DNA of 64,000 bases, taken from contig NC_091286.1 of the NCBI RefSeq assembly GCF_032444005.1, positions 278,256,001 to 278,320,000 on the forward strand, read 5' to 3'. This DNA is from Ranitomeya imitator (lineage: Eukaryota). Of this stretch, positions 47,340 through 61,261 are shown piece by piece (position 1 is the first letter of the stretch; each line of letters starts with the position of its first letter). A program made the position numbers and the translations under genes. A model generated the notes under the pieces. The model searched no databases. It had not been told where the DNA came from and was given only the letters and a program-made list of their open reading frames with translations.

Positions 47340-50300
47340 GAGTTTACAGCTCAGCTTATTTATCGGAAAGATGATCTTGTGTTGTTGAAGTTAATTAACC
47401 ATTTTTCCATTATGATGCCTAAGATTTGCCTATATTGATGCACTGGAAAAAAAAACAAAAATATAAGCAACAGACATAAATATATAGGCATTCCAGTCTA
47501 TTACATGGATTTTTTTTATTAATGAAACCTAAATGTTGTAGGTTCCGTCATTAAGGAATTGAAAGCAAGAGCAGATAATCTGTAAAAAGCTTCTCTTCTG
47601 CACTGGTGGACATGACCCGGCTGTGGACTACAAGGACAACCATTGATGTCAACTGGCTCCTTCCATTTTTTTCTTGACCCTTGACAACTTGAATGCTTAG
47701 TGTATTGGAGTGAATGCTACACAAGCTATTGATATTATTAAGCCTAGTTTTGTGTCATTGACCGTTAAATGGGGTTCTTCGAGAATGAAATAAAACCGCC
47801 AACCAACTCGTAATTCGAAAAGTGAAGGGCTGTAATGAGGAAAGAAATTAATCTTTTCCTTTGCTGAGCACAAAGGAATTTTTTTTCTTCTCCAGCCAGT
47901 CATCCATGCTCAATCATCCAAGCAGTTTTTTACTCCTCCCTACATATCACATCTCTGGCAGTTCACAGGTATGTGTGATTATAATACAGCTCCTCTGTCA
48001 ACTTAGACACAGGTCTCGGAAGCTGTGTTTTCTCAGACTGCAGTTCATCATGACACATGACTAGGACCGAGTGCAACTTGAATTACATGACAGGAACTAT
48101 TTTGCTTCCGTCTTTGAGAATTCATTTAATTACAAGCCAGTATGCATGGCCCCTTCCTAGGCTATTAATATCAGCCCGCTGTTACCTGCATAGCCTTTGC
48201 TGGATATTAATTAAAGGGGGACTCTATGTCATTTTTTAGGGTCCCCCAATTTAATAGCCAGTAAAGTGCAAAAAGTGAAGCTCATACTATATAGTCATTA
48301 CAAACAGGGATCTATTTCAAGTGTTTATTTCTGTTAATGTTGATGATTATGGCTTGCAGCCAATGAAAACTCAAAAGTCATTATCTCAGTAAATTAGAAT
48401 ACTTTATAACACCAGCTTCAAAAATGAATTTAACCACTTCGTGACCGCTCACTGTACATAAACGTCGGCGTTTGCAGGGCTTTGTGCAGCATCAACATTT
48501 ATGAGCAGTCGGTGGTCTCGCAGCGCTCAGGACCCCTAGGGTCCTGGAAGCACTGCAATTCCTGTGCAGAGCCATTGCTCTGACAGGTGACATCATCGGG
48601 ACCTGATTAGATCAGGTCTCAATGATGTTAACCCTTAGCTATCTTCTAGATGCCGCGATTGCGGCATTAAGAAGATAGCAGAGGTTGACCCCTGCTATAC
48701 TCACCTCTCCAACGCCCCCCGTGATGAGATCTGATCACAACACAGGGGATCCCGCATTGCCATCGCAGCTGGAAGTAACGTGATGACTTCCAGCTATGGT
48801 GGCTTGAAAATTTTTCTAGTGCCATCTGGTAGTAAATGACTATTATATACTATGTTTGAACTTTGCTGAGGGTATTGCTAATTGAATGTGATCATTTGTG
48901 ATTTGGACTCAATGCCCATTTATAATGCACTAACATTGCCCTTCTATCTTTCTGCTCCTTGTCTCCTTACTGATGATCTACTGTTTTAGCTGGTTATAAC
49001 TGTTGATTCCTGATTGTTCTTGCTACTATTTTATTACTTTTCGGTATACAATAAACTTGATGTTTTACCTTATTATGTAAGATGATTCGTATTTTTTTAT
49101 GACTAATTTTTTGGGGGATTTGTTGACTCCATGATCTTGTAGCATATAATTATTGGGAAGTTCCCTATATGACTTTGGTCCCTTTATATTGCCATGCTTT
49201 CCGGTCTATATGATCCAATCAGTGGTGCGGGCTGGTTTACGCAGATTAGCTGGTCTGGCTTGCACGCAACACCTAGTTTTCAGTGATGATCTCCTGCTGA
49301 TAAAACACTGATTGTATTGAAACTATAGCAATCTGCTGAGCAAGTAACATACCAGTACCAAACTTGCTTCGATTTTTTTATTTACGTGATTCAAATTTCT
49401 GAATTTTGCAATTAAAACTGTTTTTACAATATGTCCCCATTTTCCAATGCCTATTTACATTTTTCAAAACTTTTACGTTTTCTCAGGGGGCTTGAACCTG
49501 CAATTTTTTCATCTCTTATACCATGTATTACAATTCTACAGTAATGTAGTGAATTTGGAAAATCATAGTCTAATATGGAGCTCAGCCCACGGCTGAGCTT
49601 CAGAGAGGAATCAAAATGGCAGCAATTGGGACCTTCAGCAGAATCCCGGCTGTCATGATAACCCATAAGTTTACACAGGATTACTATGAAGGCAGTTGAT
49701 GGAAACCAATGCATGAAAGCAATGGCATGTGTTCTATTGGAACGCTGCCGTCAGAAATTGAAGGCGACATTTAAATGGTTAACAGTCAGCTCCGCCGGCA
49801 GCTGTTAGACAAAGATCAGATGCCAGTAGAGGGAGCTCAGTCCTCCACCCATGTGACCCCCTTCCCACGACGTAAATTCTCATTATAATGGTTGAAGGGC
49901 CAATCAGTGGCCAAGACCAACATAATAGAAAAAAAAACTGTTGTGAGACAAGAACATTTGTATATTGAAGCACGGGCCAAATAAGCATCAAAATAGAAAA
50001 AATATTTTATAGAATGTGTAAATTACTGTCTCAAAGACAATAAAAAATATACACAATGGCAATAGTTCCTTTTGAATATGGTTCACTAGTGGTCAGCGTC
50101 AACACGTTATTAACAAATTCCAATCTATCTATAAAGTCAGTGATTAAATAGATCGGTTACTTCCATTCATTGAAATTACATTTGTGCAAATACTTCTACT
50201 ATTGGAAATACCACAGTCTTTTCTTCCCCCAATGGAGTGTTCAAGGCTTTGCTGTTTTATAGCATCTTTGGTTCAAACGTTCTTCCCTTAAGATTTTCAT

Positions 50301-50848
50301 TGCTTTACGTAGTAACCATTAGATAATTGAGGCCATCTATATTTCTTGCTCCCGTAAGGGTCAATGAACCTGTTTCTTCTGAAGCTGAACCAAGACTCGC
50401 ATCTGTATCTGAAAAGTAAACTCATATCACACATTTATTCAAATTAAAGGCCTTGAAAGTGATCTAATGTGGAAATTAAAGCCATTTGATGGAAAATAAG
50501 ACATTATAAAGTGTCAGTGTATTGTTAGTTGAATGAGAACATGTAAGATATTGTGTAGTGTGAATGTATATCATATTTTACTCTCATAACTAAAGCTGTT
50601 GAAAGAAGAAACAGGGAATAGAAATTTCATTGTGAACAAAAATAAAGAATATTTATCGAATAAGACCAACGTATGTAATGCACAAGGTTTATTTTTTGTG
50701 TAATGTTCATGCACCGTACAAAAAATATTAACTTTTTAAATCACAAACATATACAGAAATTACCCCCCTGCATCAGTACGTCTTTAGAATCTCTGACCAT
50801 GATGGAGTGCCAGATGGCCACCATTCCAAAATGCAAGCATCCTATGTA

Positions 50849-53266
50849 CAGTGGGGCAAAAAAGTATTTAGTCAGTCAGCAATAGTGCAAGTTCCACTAC
50901 TTAAAAAGATGAGAAGCGTCTGTAATTTACATCATAGGTAGACCTCAACTATGGGAGACAAACTGAGAAAAAAAAATCCAGAAAATCACATTGTCTGTTT
51001 TTTTAACATTTTATTTGCATATTATGGTGGAAAATAAGTATTTCGTCAGAAACAAAATTTCATCTCAATACTTTGTAATATATACTTTGTTGGCAATGAC
51101 AGAGGTCAAACGTTTTCTGTAAGTCTTCACAAGGTTGCCACACACTGTTGTTGGTATGTTGGCCCATTCCTCCATGCAGATCTCCTCTAGAGCAGTGATG
51201 TTTTTGGCTTTTCGCTTGGCAACACGGACTTTCAACTCCCTCTAAAGGTTTTCTATAGGGTTGAGATCTGGAGACTGGCTAAGCCACTCCAGGACCTTGA
51301 AATGCTTCTTACGAAGCCACTCCTTTGTTGCCCTTTCTGTGTGCTTTGGATCATTGTCATGTTGAAAGACCCAGCCACGTTTCATCTTCAATGCCCTTGC
51401 TGATGGAAGGAGGTTTGCACTCAAAATCTCACGATACATGGCCTATTCATTCTTTCATGTACCCGGATCAGTCGTCCTGGCCCCTTTGCAGAGAAACAGC
51501 CCCAAAGCATGATGTTTCCACCACCATGCTTTACAGTAGGTATGGTGTTTGATGGATGCAACTCAGTATTCTTTTTCCTCCAAACACGACAAGTTGTGTT
51601 TCTACCAAACAGTTCCAGTTTGGTTTCATCAGACCATAGGACATTCTCCCAAAACTCCTCTGGATCATCCAAATGCTCTCTAGCAAACTTCAGACGGGCC
51701 TGGACATGTACTGGCTTAAGCAGTGGGACACGTCTGGCACTGCAGGATCTGAGTCCATGGTGGCGTAGTGTGTTACTTATGGTAGGCCTTGTTACATTGG
51801 TGTTGTGAATTCTGTTGTCGGGCCCCCTCCTGTGGTCATGAATGGTACTTCGGCTGGTTCTGTCCATTGACTTCCTCTGGTGGGTGTTTCTGAGTTTCCT
51901 TCCTCAGGTGACGAGGTTAATTCGTTAGCTGGCTGCTCTATTTAACTCCACTTAGATCTTTGCTCCATGCCACCTGTCAATGTTCCAGTATTGGTCTAGT
52001 TCTCTCCTGGATCGTTCTTGTGACCTGTCTACCCAGCAGAAGCTAAGTTTCAGCTTGCATTTCTTTGGTTTACTATTTTTCTGTCCAGCTTGCTATTTTT
52101 TATTGTTGTCTTGTTTGCTGGAAGCTCTGGGACGCAGAGGGAGCGCCTCCGCACCGTGAGTCGGTGCGGAGGGTCTTTTTGCGCCCTCTGCGTGGTCTTT
52201 TTGTAGGTTTTTGTGCTGACCGCAAAGTAACTTTTCCTATCCTCGGTCTGTTCAGTTAGTCGGGCCTCACTTTGCTAAATCTATTTCATCTCTGTGTTTG
52301 TATTTTCATCTTTACTCACAGTCATTATATGTGGGGGGCTGCCTTTTCCTTTGGGGAATTTCTCTGAGGCAAGGTAGGCTTTATTTTTCTATCTTCAGGG
52401 CTAGCTAGTTTCTTAGGCTGTGCCGAGTTGCATAGGGAGCGTTAGGCGCAATCCACTGCTATTTCTAGTGTGTTTGATAGGATTAGGGATTGCGGTCAAC
52501 AGAGTTCCCACGTCCCAGAGCTCGTCCTTTATTATCAGTAACTCTCAGGTCATTCCATGTGCTCTTAACCACCAGGTCCATTATTGTCCTGACCACCAGG
52601 TCATAACACATTGGTCCCAGCTCTCTGCAGTTCATTCACTAGGTCCCCCCGTGTGGTTCTGGGATTTTTACTCACCGTTCTTGTGATCATTCTGACCCCA
52701 CGGGGTGGGATTTTGCGTGGAGCCCCAGATCGAGGGAGATTATCAGTGGTCTTGTATGTCTTCCATTTTCTAATTATTGCTCCCACTGTTGATTTCTTCA
52801 CTCCAAGCTGGTTGGCTATTGCAGATTCAGTCTTCCCAGCCTGGTGCAGGGCTACAATTTTGTTTCTGGTGTCCTTTGACAGCTCTTTGGTCTTCACCAT
52901 AGTGGAGTTTGGAGTCAGACTGTTTGAGGGTGTGCACAGGTGTCTTTTTATACTGATAACAAGTTTAAACAGGTGCCATTACTACAGGTAATGAGTGGAG
53001 GAAAGAGGAGTCTCTTAAAGAAGAAGTTACAGGTCTGTGAGAGCCAGAAATCTTGATTGTTTGTTTCTGACCAAATACTTATTTTCCACCATAATATGCA
53101 AAAAAAATGATAAAAAAACAGACAATGTGATTTTCTGGATTTTTTTTCTCAGTTTGTCTCCCATAGTTGAGGTCTACCTATGATGTAAATTACAGACGCC
53201 TCTCATCTTTTTAAGTGGTGGAACTTGCACTATTGCTGACTGACTAAATACTTTTTTGCCCCACTG
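50849..53266 (-). mobile_element. Tc1 element with long TIRs, disrupted by a solo LTR
   Basis: TA|cagtggggcaaaaaagtatttagtcagtc ... gactgactaaatacttttttgccccactg|TA. Transposase pieces at 52601..52900, 51421..51867 and 51242..51439. Confidence 0.93.
51801..52608 (+). mobile_element. Solo LTR related to the Gypsy element at 27177-32865
   Basis: TGTTGTGAATTC...CATAACA ends and internal blocks are shared with that LTR; CATTGG is duplicated on both sides. Confidence 0.9.
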
Positions 53267-53472
53267 TATATTACGCCAAAAGAAATCAGAGCTCAAAATA
53301 TAGCATAACTCCATAAAGACTAAGGATAAAGATTTATTTACATGAATAGATAATTAAATTAAAAGCTAAAGAATAATCATGCACAATACAAATTAGCGGA
53401 TCAGACAATATTCCAATTTACCTGTTTGTGTGGTTTCTCCGTGAAGTGAACGTCTCTTATTATGCTCTAGGT

Positions 53473-53659
53473 CAGTGTTCCCCAACCCGGTCCTCAAGAG
53501 CCACCAACATATAACGTTTACAGGATTTCCTTAGTTTTTCACAGGTGAGAATTGTATCATGTCTACCGGCAAGAATTTCATCACCTTGGCAATACTAATG
53601 AAATCCTGAAAACATTACCTGTTTTGGTGGCTGTTAACGACCAGAGTTGGGGAACACTA
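53473..53659. mobile_element. hAT-type MITE
   Basis: TIR cagtgttccccaac / gttggggaacacta; degenerate 8-bp TSD ctctaggt / ctttaggg. Confidence 0.65.
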
Positions 53660-54840
53660 CTTTAGGGTCTTTCCAGAAGTTTAGAAAATAAAAAATAGAA
53701 GTTTAGAAAATAAAAAAAACGTACACTCAATTTACCATTCACCTCTCCAGCACTTACATTCTGCACAGTCACACGTCCAGTGTATCTTCTTGTCCCAGTC
53801 GATGAGCGCTGAATCCATGGGTCTCTTCACGCTAGGCCATGACTTCTGGCCCTGACAAGGTCTTGGATGGTCTTGGATGTTTCTATGCAAAAGCATGTAA
53901 GGTCACGAAGTCATAATATCAAGATGTATGCCTAGACCTTGCACAATAACATCCTGGGCCTCATTAGAGACAGAAGTCTTGACCTTGCATGAAGAGGCCA
54001 CAGCTTGGCAGTGGTGATAATAAGATGTGCTGAGGATCAGAATGGTGCAGGGTGGAGGATCCAGAGAGGTCAGCGGTAAAGTGACTATAAGTATTTATTT
54101 CACTTTTTTTAACCTTTTGATATTTGCCACTTTGCTGAATCCGCATGGAAGTGAATTACAAAAAATCCACATTTTGGCAAATGCGGATTTTTGTAATATT
54201 TGCGAAGAGTTCACTTTCTATCTCTAGTGCACAGTCATCACTTAGTGTAACTAGGAATTGACTGAACAATTAGAGATAAAGCGCAAATTGAATGTGTAGA
54301 TGCTCTATTGCTATGCCAACCAATCAATAATCATTGATTGTTATGATGTTGTGGTATGTAACAATTAATTGTTTGAAAATAGCCAGTGTGTGATATTATT
54401 AAGTGACCAATGTATTTAGAAACATTATTGAGATGTTGTGAAAATACTTGTCGGCACTGACTAATAGGTCTCCTACAGAAATCCTAGTGCCAGATGCTAT
54501 ACGAATATCTGTCCATGTAAATGGATCTTAAGCTTGCTGCTATCAACCTACTTGATGTCACGTGTTAGTATATGGATACGCATGGACCAAAAATCAATAA
54601 CTCTAAACAAAAAGTGTCAATATGTCGAATTTTGTGAAAATATCCAAAATCTTTATTTAACTATCCAAGTGGGTATGTGGTGGCTGAAAAAGACAGGTGC
54701 ACACACAATTTTAAAATGGCATAAAATATATTAAAGAACAAATGCACAATATGCAAGGTCACACATATGGACCAGAACACAGTCATTCCAACTTTAAAGC
54801 CAATTGCTTAAAGAAATGGCTGTAAAAGCACTATAAATCT

Positions 54841-55027
54841 GCCGTCACACTATCAGTATTTGGTCAGTATTTTACATCAGTATTTATAAGCCAAAACCAG
54901 GAGTGGGTGATAAATGCAGAAGTGATGCATATGTTTCTATTATACTTTCCCTCTATTTGTTCCACTCCTGATTTTGGCTTACAAATACTGATGTAAAATA
55001 CTGACCAAATACTGATAGTGTGATGGC
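54841..55027. mobile_element. Palindromic MITE (Harbinger-like)
   Basis: gccgtcacactatcagtatttggtcagtattttacatcagtattt is mirrored at the other end. Confidence 0.7.
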
Positions 55028-56188
55028 ACCTAATAGTGATTAAATGTATGTTTTGTTGACTATGCAAACTGCCTCTTCGGTGAGGAAGAAGACTTGAACT
55101 CTCTAGCGCCACCTGTTGGAAGCAGCAATCTTACAAGTCACTACTAACCCTTTAACAAGCCTTGAAATTTGACTTAGGGCAAAAGCCAATTCAGAATCTC
55201 AATTTATAGACACAGTGTTTCAGAGTATTGCCCCTAATTTGGCTAGGTGAGAGGCTCTGGACTGAGGTACAAGTTGTAACGTTTCTCCTTGTGGCGATTG
55301 CCATACCGGCTCTGTCATGACAAGCTAAGGAGGCTTATTTGCCGTGTAATGCTCCTCTGGGAAATTTAATATGCATATTGCCTCTCCAGAGAGGAAGAGG
55401 ACTTGAACTCTATAGCGCCACCTGTTGGAACCAGCAATCCTACATGTGACTATTGACCCGTGCCTTGAAATGGGACTTAGGACAAAAGCCTTTCAATTTC
55501 TGTTTTATTGAAGAAATGTGTTCTTCTTCTTTATTCTCTATTTGAAGTTTTCTTCTATTTAGATTTCGGTGCACAGGGACTGGACTCTATAGTGGGTCTT
55601 TTCCTCCCTGTCTGTGATTCACAGCCCCTCCGCCTGCCTTCAGCCTTTGAATTACCTGCCTTCTCTGCTTGAGATCTCAGTAGTGACCTGTCATTCACAG
55701 ACCAGAGGCAGGAAGAGGGGCTGTGGAACCACAGAGAGGAGAACACCCTGTCCACAGTCAGGCCCCTGTGCAATCTATTTAGCAGAAAACTTCAAAAGCT
55801 GATTAAAAAAGAACCACAAAATGGGTTTCTCCATCAAAGGTATCAATGTAATCAGTATTACAGCGCCATCACAGCCATGTCTTTTCTTTCCATTTCAAAA
55901 TCATGTTGACAGTTTTTTTTTAAAGTAATTCTCTAGGAATATTACAGCTCCTGCTTTTGTGAAGACTCCGATTCCATCTTGGCTGATTAGGGGATCCACA
56001 GGTGTCCTCCATCATGATTAATGGTGACAGTGAAGACACTGTTGAATTTGGGGTCATAGACAGAAGAGTTGACAGTCGTCTATCCCTCAATCAGCACGGG
56101 TCATAAAAATAATAATTTAGGACTTTATAATAAACATTTCTAAATACAAAATAATAGAATAAATCCTAAATCACAAAATATTGAGTTA

Positions 56189-57812
<1,624 letters not shown>

Positions 57813-58471
57813 TATATAAAGTTGTCCAACTGCCTGAAAACACCTGTCACCAACAGCAATGTTGACACTAGCCCTTCTGAACCCATGCCAGCTGTACTAT
57901 GCTAGCTATTTGTCTGTAAACACTGGATCCCATAGTTTAGTTGCATAATTTACTTACTAGCCACATATATCACATGCCAATCATTCCATAACAGCATGGA
58001 ATCACAGTCACGTCTTATGTCCTTTGCCAGGAGATACATTCTATAAAATATTCTTCAGCTATCAGTACTCTTATCTGTAGGGAATAAAGTTCTGTTCACA
58101 CTAATATTCTACATTTAATTTAAAAAAGTCATGTTGGAATTATATTTTAATGATACCAATGGATCCCTTTAACTTGTAAATGGCCATCAAGTAATCACCT
58201 GGGTTCCATTTTATGTAGGTAATGGAATTGGAGAATGGTGTCAGTGTGAACAGTTCCAAATGCATAACATTGACCAAACCAAGCAACAAATAATACCACA
58301 TCCACTAACTCAACATGCCATCCATGCCTGTCAATATCTGTATATCATGTTTGGTAAAGCAATGAGCTCAAGACAAAGGCAGATTAATTTAGCATATCAC
58401 CCTATCTATGCTGGCCTACATAAAGAGATGTAATTATTGTAACCTCATACCATGACAGATTCATTGATTAA

Positions 58472-59241
58472 AGGGAACCTGTCACCCCCCATGGCATTTT
58501 TAAGCAAAAGAGCCACCTTGTGCAGCACTAAGGCTGCATTCTGTCAAGGTGGCTCTTCTTTTTGTGCTCCCTTCTAATGCTGCAATATTAATTTTTATAA
58601 TTTTCGCACCATACCTTTAGCCTGTCCAGGGGGCACGTCTTTTCCCATGGACACAACTGCCTCCCAGCAATCAGTCAGCCGATCTGTGCGATGGGGGCCG
58701 CCTCCTCGGTCTTCAGTCATGTACCCGCCACATGCGCTGTGCTTTCCTTTTTCGGGCATGCACCGTTTGCACTGCTCTTCAACTCACATCACCTGATGTA
58801 TTCATCTCGCGCCTGCGTGTAGCTCATGCTCGAGATCCCGTCCCACAATGCGAATAAATCAGAACACACTGCGGGGCGGGATCTCGAGCCTGGGCTACAC
58901 GCAGGCGCGAGATGAATACATCAGGAGATGTGAATTGAAGGGCAGCACAAACGGCACATGGCCGAAAAAGGAAAGCACAGCGCAGGCACCGGGTGTTTGA
59001 CTGAAGACAGAGGAGGCGAGGCCCGGCGCACTGAGGGGCTGACTGATGGCTGGGAGGCAGTTGTGTCCGGGGGAAAAGACGTGCCCCCGGACAGGCTAAA
59101 GGTAAGGAGCGAAAATTCTAAAATTAATATTGCAGTGTTAGAAGGGAGCACAAAAAGAAGAGCCACCTTGACAGAATGCAGCCTTAGTGCTGCACAAGAT
59201 GGCTCTTTTACTTAAAAACACCAGGGGGTCACAGGTTCCCT
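58472..59241. mobile_element. Complete T2/Kolobok-type MITE, imperfectly palindromic throughout
   Basis: TTAA|AGGGAACCTGT ... ACAGGTTCCCT|TTAA; aagagccaccttg..gcagc..tagtgctgcacaag blocks are mirrored. Confidence 0.88.
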
Positions 59242-59609
59242 TTAATCTCGACATTAAAAATTTTGTATGTGTGGATGAAAGCCATCGAACAATCCTGTTT
59301 GGTCATGGGGACTTTCCAGTAGCCACTGGATAAATCGAGGGGGGAAAGTATCTAGCTCTTAATAGTGCTGACAGGGATTCTCCTAACCTCGGCAAAGGGT
59401 ACGAATTTCAGATTGCGCAGACGTTCAACGATAATAGTCCACTCAGAACCTCAGTGTCCCGACCTTCTTCCAGACCAACATGATGGTGAGCATTGTCTTT
59501 CCTTGTGGCAAAGTCAGGGAGATAGTAGTGGGTACCACCACTTTTCTCAGGGCCTGGTAGGCAACTTGCAATCACTGGATTTATCTGGCTAACATTAGCT
59601 GCTTACATA

Positions 59610-61261
59610 CAGTTAGGGCCAGAAATATTTGGACAGTGACACAATTTTCGCGAGTTGGGCTCTGCATGCCACCACATTGGATTTGAAATGAAACCTCTAC
59701 AACAGAATTCAAGTGCAGATTGTAACGTTTAATTTGAAGGGTTGAACAAAAATATCTGATAGAAAATGTAGGAATTGTACACATTTCTTTACAAACACTC
59801 CACATTTTAGGAGGTCAAAAGTAATTGGACAAATAAACATAGTCCAAACAAAATATTTTTATTTTCAATATTTTGTTGCAAATCCTTTGGAGGCAATCAC
59901 TGCCTTAAGTCTGGAACCCATGGACATCACCAAACTCTGGGTTTCCTCCTTCTTAATGCTTTGCCAGGCCTTTACAGCCGCAGCCTTCAGGTCTTGCTTG
60001 TTTGTGGGTCTTTCCGTCTTAAGTCTGGATTTGAGCAAGTGAAATGCATGCTCAATTGGGTTTAGATCTGGAGATTGACTTGGCCATTGCAGAATGTTCC
60101 ACTTTTTGGCACTCATGAACTCCTGGGTAGCTTTGGATGTATGCTTGGGGTCATTGTCCATCTGTACTATGAAGCGCCGTCCAATCAACTTTGCAGCATT
60201 TGGCTGAATCTGGGCTGAAAGTATATCCCGGTACACTTCAGAATTCGTCCGGCTACTCTTGTCTGCTCTTATGTCATCAATAAACACAAGTGACCCAGTG
60301 CCATTGAAAGCCATGCATGCCCATGCCATCACGTTGCCTCCACCATGTTTTACAGAGGATGTGGTGTGCCTTGGATCATGTGCCGTTCCCTTTCTTCTCC
60401 AAACTTTTTTCTTCCCATCATTCTGGTACAGGTTGATCTTTGTCTCATCTGTCCATAGAATACTTTTCCAGAACTGAGCTGGCTTCTTGAGGTGTTTTTC
60501 TGCAAATTTAACTCTGGCCTGTCTATTTTTGGTATTGATGAATGGTTTGCATCTAGATGTGAACCCTTTGTATTTACTGTCATGGAGTCTTCTCTTTACT
60601 GTTGACTTAGAGACAGATACACCTACTTCACTGAAAGTGTTCTGGACTTCAGTTGATGTTGTGAACGGGTTCTTCTTCACCAAATTAAGTATGCGGCGAT
60701 CATCCACCACTGTTGTCATCCGTGGACGCCCAGGCCTTTTTGAGTTCCCAAGCTCACCAGTCAATTCCTTTTTTCTCAGAATGTACCCAACTGTTGATTT
60801 TGCTACTCCAAGCATGTCTGCTATCTCTCTGATGGATTTTTTCTTTTTTTTCAGCCTCAGGATATTCTGCTTCACCTCAATTGAGAGTTCCTTTGACCGC
60901 ATGTTGTCTGCTCACAGCAACAGCTTCCAAATGCAAAACCACACACCTGGAATCCACCCCTGACCTTTTAACTACTTCATTGATTACAGGTTAACGAAGG
61001 AGACGCCTTCAGAGTTAATTGCAGCCCTTAGAGTCCATTGTCCAATTACTTTTGGTCCCTTGAAAAAGAGGACGCTATGCATTACAGAGCTATGATTCCT
61101 AAACCCTTTCTCCGATTTGGATGTGGAAACTATCATATTGCAGCTGGGAGTGTGCACTTTCAGCCCATATTATATATATAATTGTATTTCTGAACATGTT
61201 TTTGTAAACAGCTAAAATAATAAAACTTGTGTCACTGTCCAAATATTTCTGGCCCTAACTG
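59610..61261 (-). mobile_element. Intact Tc1 transposon
   Basis: Perfect 35-bp TIR cagttagggccagaaatatttggacagtgacacaa, TA on both sides, and an intact ORF. Confidence 0.96.
59865..60902 (-). CDS. Tc1-family DD34E transposase, 345 aa
   Basis: ATG start, paired-like HTH, GRPR, WTDETK, MDNDPKH, and 34 residues to the E of SPDLNPIE. Confidence 0.95.
   Translation of the reverse strand: MRSKELSIEVKQNILRLKKKKKSIREIADMLGVAKSTVGYILRKKELTGELGNSKRPGRPRMTTVVDDRRILNLVKKNPFTTSTEVQNTFSEVGVSVSKSTVKRRLHDSKYKGFTSRCKPFINTKNRQARVKFAEKHLKKPAQFWKSILWTDETKINLYQNDGKKKVWRRKGTAHDPRHTTSSVKHGGGNVMAWACMAFNGTGSLVFIDDIRADKSSRTNSEVYRDILSAQIQPNAAKLIGRRFIVQMDNDPKHTSKATQEFMSAKKWNILQWPSQSPDLNPIEHAFHLLKSRLKTERPTNKQDLKAAAVKAWQSIKKEETQSLVMSMGSRLKAVIASKGFATKY

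Noticed and set aside
50200-50411. Possible minus-strand exon after a tttcag acceptor (similar candidates at 40700-40930 and 55930-56100)
   Set aside because: All frames stop within about 50 codons and no protein is recognised.
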